Below are positions 59,001 through 64,000 of a stretch of 64,000 nucleotides of DNA, one piece after another. The translations under genes were made by a program, and so were the position numbers. Below the pieces are notes generated by a model, which did not search any database, had not been told where the DNA came from, and saw only the letters and a list, made by a program, of their open reading frames with translations. The stretch comes from Styela clava (taxonomy: Eukaryota). Positions within the stretch are counted from its first letter, which is position 1, and each line of letters opens with the position of its first letter. The stretch covers positions 22,568,001 through 22,632,000 of the forward strand of contig NC_135252.1 in assembly GCF_964204865.1 (NCBI RefSeq), in the 5' to 3' direction.

Positions 59001-62000
59001 ATCAATCAATTATTGATATAGTGATCTAGATTTTTGTAAAGCGAGAGAATTTTGAGACCCGCCGAGTGTGTGTGTGCGATGCGCAGTGCGCAAGTTACAA
59101 GAGCGGATGAATCGAAACTGCAGTTTCTGTTTTGGGGGATCCCCCAACTATCGATCGATAAGTCTTCGGTTTCCAACCAATATTCTCGTTCACTATTCAG
59201 TTTTTATCTGTACATGTTGTATGAAATCGTAAATGCCACCGTACAAAAATATTTGTATCTCATGACTAGTTTTAAATCTAAAATTACATGCAGTTATGAT
59301 GAGACATTGCCATAAGCAATGCAAAAAAAATCGATGTTAGGTACTTCAATTGTTCAAGCTTTAAATTATTGTTTTAGAATTCGGTATCAGTGGAAATAAT
59401 CAAGTCCAGATACACGGAATTTCAATACTGTGTTGATAAAATCAAACGGAGATATGAAGAATTCGAAATGGTTAGAGTTATGATGATGAATATCTTGAAA
59501 AATAGCTCATACAAGACGAATTGAAACAAATACATTATTGGGTCATCACTTCAACGATTTCCGTAATTTTTTCTGAAGTGACAAGAGGTTGAATATTTGA
59601 TGTTCATTTTTTGTTATGATACTCAATCCATAACAACAGCCTAAAATTTCGATCTAAATTTTTTGCAATGGAGGCGCGCCTTGTATTTCTTTTCTTTAGT
59701 TCATGTTCATTCGCGCCCCATCATATGAAAATATTTATATTGTTTAAATGTTTTGGTTTTGAATCAAATGAGTCTTTTATTACAGAAAGAAAGGGACAAA
59801 GAAGTGAAACGTGCCGAAGTTTACAGTAGTTTCAAAAAGTTCACCCGTAAAGTCATAAAATATACTAATTCCGAAAAAGGTAAAAACGATATAGATGATG
59901 AATATCTAAGAAATATGGAACATCAATGTGTAGAAACAACAAATTGGATTGAAAAGAATTACGTAAGTAATAATTTCACTAGGAAAAATAATTTGTATTC
60001 CAAAATTAATTTTATTTTATATTAAACTTTATTCACGATAACTAATTATTTTATTCAACATCAAAAATTTTAAACAAAAATAAGTAATAGGATATGTTTG
60101 TGTATTTTTTGTGATATTAAAGTATGTTTATAATTATTTTCAGCATGTAATATCACCAAGAAAAATGAATTCTGAAGAACTTAAACTACGAACAAAGATA
60201 ACTGAAATCTTGAGAGGATTGAAAGCTAGCCAAGAGGTAAGAACCAAAATTTTTTAATACCGCAACGTGAACGATAATACCCAATAATAAATTTATTTAG
60301 TATTGATAAATTTCCTACAGTCTGCTCACCATATTTCTAAGTATACCTTTACAGTATATAGACCTATAATAATTGGATGAAATAACAGCAAAAAAACATA
60401 TATTTTTTACACGAAGTGGTAAATACTGAGAGAATTGCAATTTTTTATTATTCAACTATAAAATAATTGTTATTTTTTTTATGAATTTAAAAGATCAAAT
60501 GTTTGTAAAGAAACCTATAACGAGATTATCGGTCGGAGACCGAAGACGTATCGATCGACCGCGAAAAAAAATAAAAAAAAATAATTAATTAATTAATTAA
60601 TAACTCTCTAATTATACGATATAATTGATCCAAAATCAATAGGCTCCTGGTCCGAGATATGATGAATGCACATGCAAAATTTAGAGCAGACCTTGCTTTC
60701 GTGAGATATAGCGTGCATCTAACAGACAATCAAACAGACAAAGAGACAAATAACTATCAACATACTTACCGATCTTAAAAATGATAAGTAATAATATTAG
60801 TCGTACTATAAACTAGTCGTCTACTATGAGGAAAATTCAAAATTTATTCCTTTCTTTTGGGACGGTTTGATGAATGCACATGCAAAATTTAGAGCAGATT
60901 CAACCTCGTTTTCGTGAGATATCGCGTGCATCTAACAGACAATCAAACAGACAAATACCTATCCACATACCTACCGATCTAAAAAATGATAAGTAATAAT
61001 ATTAGTCGTACTATAAACTAGTCGTCTACTTTGTGGAAAATTCAAAATTTATTCCTTTCTTTTGGGACGGTTTGATCACGGTTGTTTGCAAGATATGAAT
61101 GTGGCAGTAGTCCGTGACAGTATAGATTTCAGATGGAAAGATAAATTTCGAAAAAAGATATCATGACCTGAAAATATCTTTCTAAGAATTTTCAGAGTTA
61201 TTAAAACTGATATCGTATCTGTTTTTCATTTGCCTTCAATAGAATTATTTTCTAAAAAAGAGATTTTTGTATTCCATGAAAACTTCAGATGTTCACGGCA
61301 GAAATGCAACTTCGTAATCAAGAATACAAGAAATTAATGGATTACATCGAAAATATTTTGGACTTCGTTGCTACTAAAAAGGGGAATGACAACATAACTA
61401 ATGAGTATCTTCTAAAAATAAATCAACGATGCACTGTAACGCGAGAATTGTTGGAGAAATATGGCGTACGAACAATTTATAAATCTTGTTTAAGTCTGAT
61501 TCTAGATTTTGTTACTTTGATTTAAAAAAATTATGATTATTGTTTTTTGTTTCAAAACAAAACGGAATCGATAAACATAAACCACATTCCTGTAACTTTT
61601 TGCGAGAAAAAATTATTAATAATTTCCTTTATCCTTTATAATGGTGTATATGTAAATATGTAAATAAAATTGTTTATAATATGAAAAGTTACGCATATTT
61701 GGTGAAATATGTTTCAGGATAAACTTACCAGAAACGAAATTACTGTAAAAGCAGATCAACTTGAATTAAAAATTAATGAAATCTGGACAAAAATGCAGGA
61801 AAGAAAACAGGTAAAATACTAATGCAGCAATGCACTAAAGTTGATTTAAAACACAGTTGTTTTCAAACAAACACAAATTTTATTAAATTTTGCTAGAATT
61901 AAGTTATCACAGCAATATTTCCGAATAAATGATTGGAGAAAGGAGTTTTGGTAATTGAATTGCATAATTTACAGCAATTGCTGCATCTGCAAACTTGTAG

Positions 62001-64000
62001 GGTTAGGTTGAGTGACTTGCTTTTTTTTCACAAAGTTAAGAATAAATAGTATTATTATCATTCGTAGATAGCAACTGATGAAGAAAAACGGTGTCGTGAG
62101 GCATATGATAAATTAACAACCTATATTAATGGCATGATCAAATATATTGATTCCGAACGAGAGAACGACTGTATATCTGTACAATATTCTGAAAAAGTAA
62201 AGCGTCAGAATTTGGAGTGGAAAAAGTGGCTTGATACTAATTACGTAAATATTACTTATTTTTCTTATATTATTTCTTTTAAAAAAATAGGGTTATCACA
62301 ACTTTCCGACTATGAAACTTGTCTTTTATTATTATATTATTATGACGTTCTATTTAAAAATATTATAATTTTTATTATTTCCCAGTGATAACGATTGGCA
62401 TACAAATCACCATTATTTTTCGACGTTTTTTTTTTTAGAATTATCTCACTTCGGACGAAATATTTTCAGAAAAATCCAGATTAGAATCGGAAAATAGTAA
62501 AGTTCTAATTGACATAAAAGCAAGAAAAAAGGTAATTTTTAAATCTTCTTAAGGTGTGAAATAAAAGTTTAATACAGATCAAAATTGTTTAAATTTAATT
62601 TGTCTCACGCTTATCAAATATTTATTCAATAAATGAGACACATATATACAATATTAACACAATAATTAAACTTGCAAAACTGGCATCCATTTTCGTTTCC
62701 ATTTTCAATAGCAAATTGTTTTTTTTGGTATTTCTAAAACTTCCACTATTTGGATTATAAAGCAACCAAGAAAATTTTATAAAGAAATTTATATTATTCA
62801 AATATAATGTAATATATGATATTTTTGTACTTATAAATATTAAATATGAACAAAGATAACATAAGATATTTTATACAAAATTATATTTAATGCAAACAAT
62901 GTGGTTATTACAATTATATAAACTGTATATTCTTATGATTTGTGAAGGCTGAGATGGCTGAAAAATTAGCCAAAATCAAAAACAAAACGGCTATAAACAA
63001 TTTTATGAAGTGTATATCTGACGTGGAATCCTGTAGATATTTTTATCCGTACGAATTGAATGCGTCTGATAAAAAAGAAATTGAAGAAAAATGCAAATAT
63101 TGGAAACAGTGGCTTTCTGAATCTTCCGTAAGTTTGAGTTTTAAATTGTATAAGAATTTGTTAATATTCAAATTCAACCTAAATATACTAATTTTTCAAT
63201 TGCTAACAGAGCCCTTGTATTTTCTTTGCAAAGATATTGTGAATTTTTCAAATTATATTAAGGATTGTAACAGCCTATTATTTAATATGTTCTTTAATCT
63301 CTTGATATGTTCTTTGACTTTCGTAAATGCAATTTTATTGAACGGTTATCTTGAAATATCAAATTAAATTGATTAATTTTCAATGTCGCTTATGAAAACT
63401 CCATTAACCGTAGTTCAACCTGAAACATAATAACGTGTATTAAAAAAATACCAAAGACAATGATTGTCATCAATTATACAGAAATATTTCTCTTCGGATC
63501 ACATAGAAGCATCTCAAATTGAACTGGAAGACTTTGCTCAGATAATTTTTAACAGATTAGGTGAACGACAACAGGTAATATTCTAAATGTGTAGTACACA
63601 AATGAAAATATAAATACATCATGTCATAAATATATATTTATTTTTTATATAATTTTTCTTTTACATACATTTATATAAATAAAAAATGAGGATAAGTTTT
63701 CGTTTTCATGACTTGTAAATGTGTGGCTTATTAAAAATTAGGTTTTAAATCATGAATTTCAATATATTTTTATAATATTTTTTTGTCCATGCAATAAAAG
63801 CAATAAAATTAGATTAAAATCTGAGCTGCTAATTTTCAGCACCCGCTAACCAAAAATACTATGAGTTGAACTGTTTCTCCGAAACCAAACCAAATGAAAT
63901 ATTCCATGTTTTATTAGCTTGAAGTAAGAAAGCAACGACAAAAACAATTGAAAGAAGCAGCAAAAAATCTTGAAACTTATATTGAAGATGTTAAACAATT
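47092..64000 (+). CDS. Non-canonical Hsp70-family protein D (>1090 aa, 3'-partial): ATPase domain, SBD-beta deleted, NLS-like linker, at least 8 tandem lid repeats
   Basis: Exons: 47092-47157, 47636-47765, 49367-49476, 50090-50341, 50684-50804, 53319-53457, 53805-53952, 54155-54319, 54857-54964, 55496-55696, 55921-56001, 56470-56541, 57154-57345, 57517-57603, 58483-58647, 59378-59470, 59786-59962, 60144-60236, 61289-61465, 61718-61810, 62068-62244, 62439-62531, 62948-63127, 63482-63574, 63918->end. All GT-AG; frame open throughout. Motifs [49 protein letters not shown]. Confidence 0.88.
48006..48567. mobile_element. Tc1/mariner-family deletion derivative with ~170-bp TIRs (intron 2 of D)
   Basis: TA|CAGGGTGTCTCAAAAGTAAGTATACAC ... 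GTGTATACTTGTTTTTGAGACACCTTG|TA; relic transposase N-terminus from ~48151 ([32 protein letters not shown], frameshifted). Confidence 0.85.
51079..51300 (-). mobile_element. LINE (CR1/L2-group) 3' end fragment in intron 5 of gene D
   Basis: Minus strand AATAAAAATCTGAATCTGAATCTGAATC tail, with upstream stem-loop ACGATGACTTTAGTAGTCTCTCG. 5' boundary approximate. Confidence 0.55.
52408..53225. mobile_element. hAT (Charlie-like) MITE containing a nested pogo/Tc2-type MITE (52528-52912)
   Basis: CAGTGGTTCCCAAAC ... GTTTGGGAACCGCTG with perfect 8-bp TSD ATCTAGGC; inner TA|TCGTGTTTCCTCGAAAATAAGAC ... GGGTGAAACACAG|TA. Confidence 0.85.
55062..55171. mobile_element. Short palindromic member of the GG..CC MITE family with 8-bp TSD
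   Basis: GGTGCTCCCGAAGTATGTGCACCAAGATGG ... CCATCTTGGTGCACATGTTTTCGAAGCGCC flanked by GTTTTGGT (55054-55061, 55172-55179). Confidence 0.8.
56582..56886. mobile_element. hAT MITE, right end interrupted by GG..CC MITE
   Basis: CACTGGTTCTCAACCAGTGGCCATGGCCCAC ... AAGTGGGCCACGAAAGAAAAAAGGTTGAAA. Confidence 0.6.
56886..57089 (-). mobile_element. Copy of the GG..CC MITE family (intron of D)
   Basis: ACTCCCGTAGTGTTTGTTCCA ... TTGGTACACGCACTTCTGGAGCGCC. Confidence 0.7.
57955..58433. mobile_element. pogo/Tc2-type MITE
   Basis: TA|CCGTATTTTCCGGCCAATAAG ... TTATTCGCCGGGAAATACGG|TA; internal AATAAGAC motifs. Confidence 0.85.
58808..59190 (+). mobile_element. HINE/DINE-1-like element, copy 2 (intron of gene D)
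   Basis: TTAGTTATCGATTTTAATCGGTAAGTATG...(GTCT)n...ATCGATCGATAAGTCTTCGGTTTCCAACCAATATTCTCGTT; reverse complement of copy 1 with a longer middle. Confidence 0.72.
60519..60996 (-). mobile_element. HINE/DINE-1-like element, copy 3 (60519-60791) plus partial duplicate (60868-60996)
   Basis: Same subterminal repeats and CAGA tract as copy 1; the partial copy is part of a 208-bp tandem duplication. Confidence 0.7.

Larger units (their letters stand above)
55496..64000 (+). repeat. Coding tandem array of Hsp70 lid (helices B-E) modules in gene D: long exon (55-67 aa) + short exon (27-31 aa), all phase 0
   Basis: Most long exons contain an N/K-L-x-x-Y-like motif early and C-x5-W-[LI] near the end, matching Hsc70 KNSLESY...KCNEIINWLDKNQ. 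Five consecutive short exons are exactly 93 nt and three long exons exactly 177 nt. Confidence 0.88.

Overview
AT-rich, intron-rich animal DNA holding a tandem cluster of four Hsp70-family paralogues, arranged A(-) B(-) C(-) D(+), with C and D head-to-head. An ascidian such as Styela is plausible but is only inference. All exons were reconstructed by hand from GT-AG boundaries and reading frame. Introns 1-8 are shared by all four genes and introns 9-11 by A, B and C; D has one fused exon in place of exons 9-10. None of the three complete genes ends in EEVD. A (~621 aa) is nearly canonical. C (~770 aa) is canonical plus an acidic Ser-rich tail built from a duplicated 141-nt exon with Tyr motifs, and carries a 5.8-kb CACTA/EnSpm-like transposon (with its own spliced antisense gene) in intron 7. 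The main surprise is the sister pair B and D, where the helical lid (SBD-alpha) is amplified as a phase-0 two-exon, ~90-aa cassette: 4 copies in B and at least 8 in D, which runs off the window. B has an eroded peptide-binding beta-sandwich and altered catalytic residues. D has lost the beta-sandwich entirely, replaced by a 36-aa linker with an SV40-type NLS. Introns and spacers contain many hAT, Tc1/mariner/pogo, Merlin/MULE-like and Helentron-type non-autonomous elements and LINE 3' ends.
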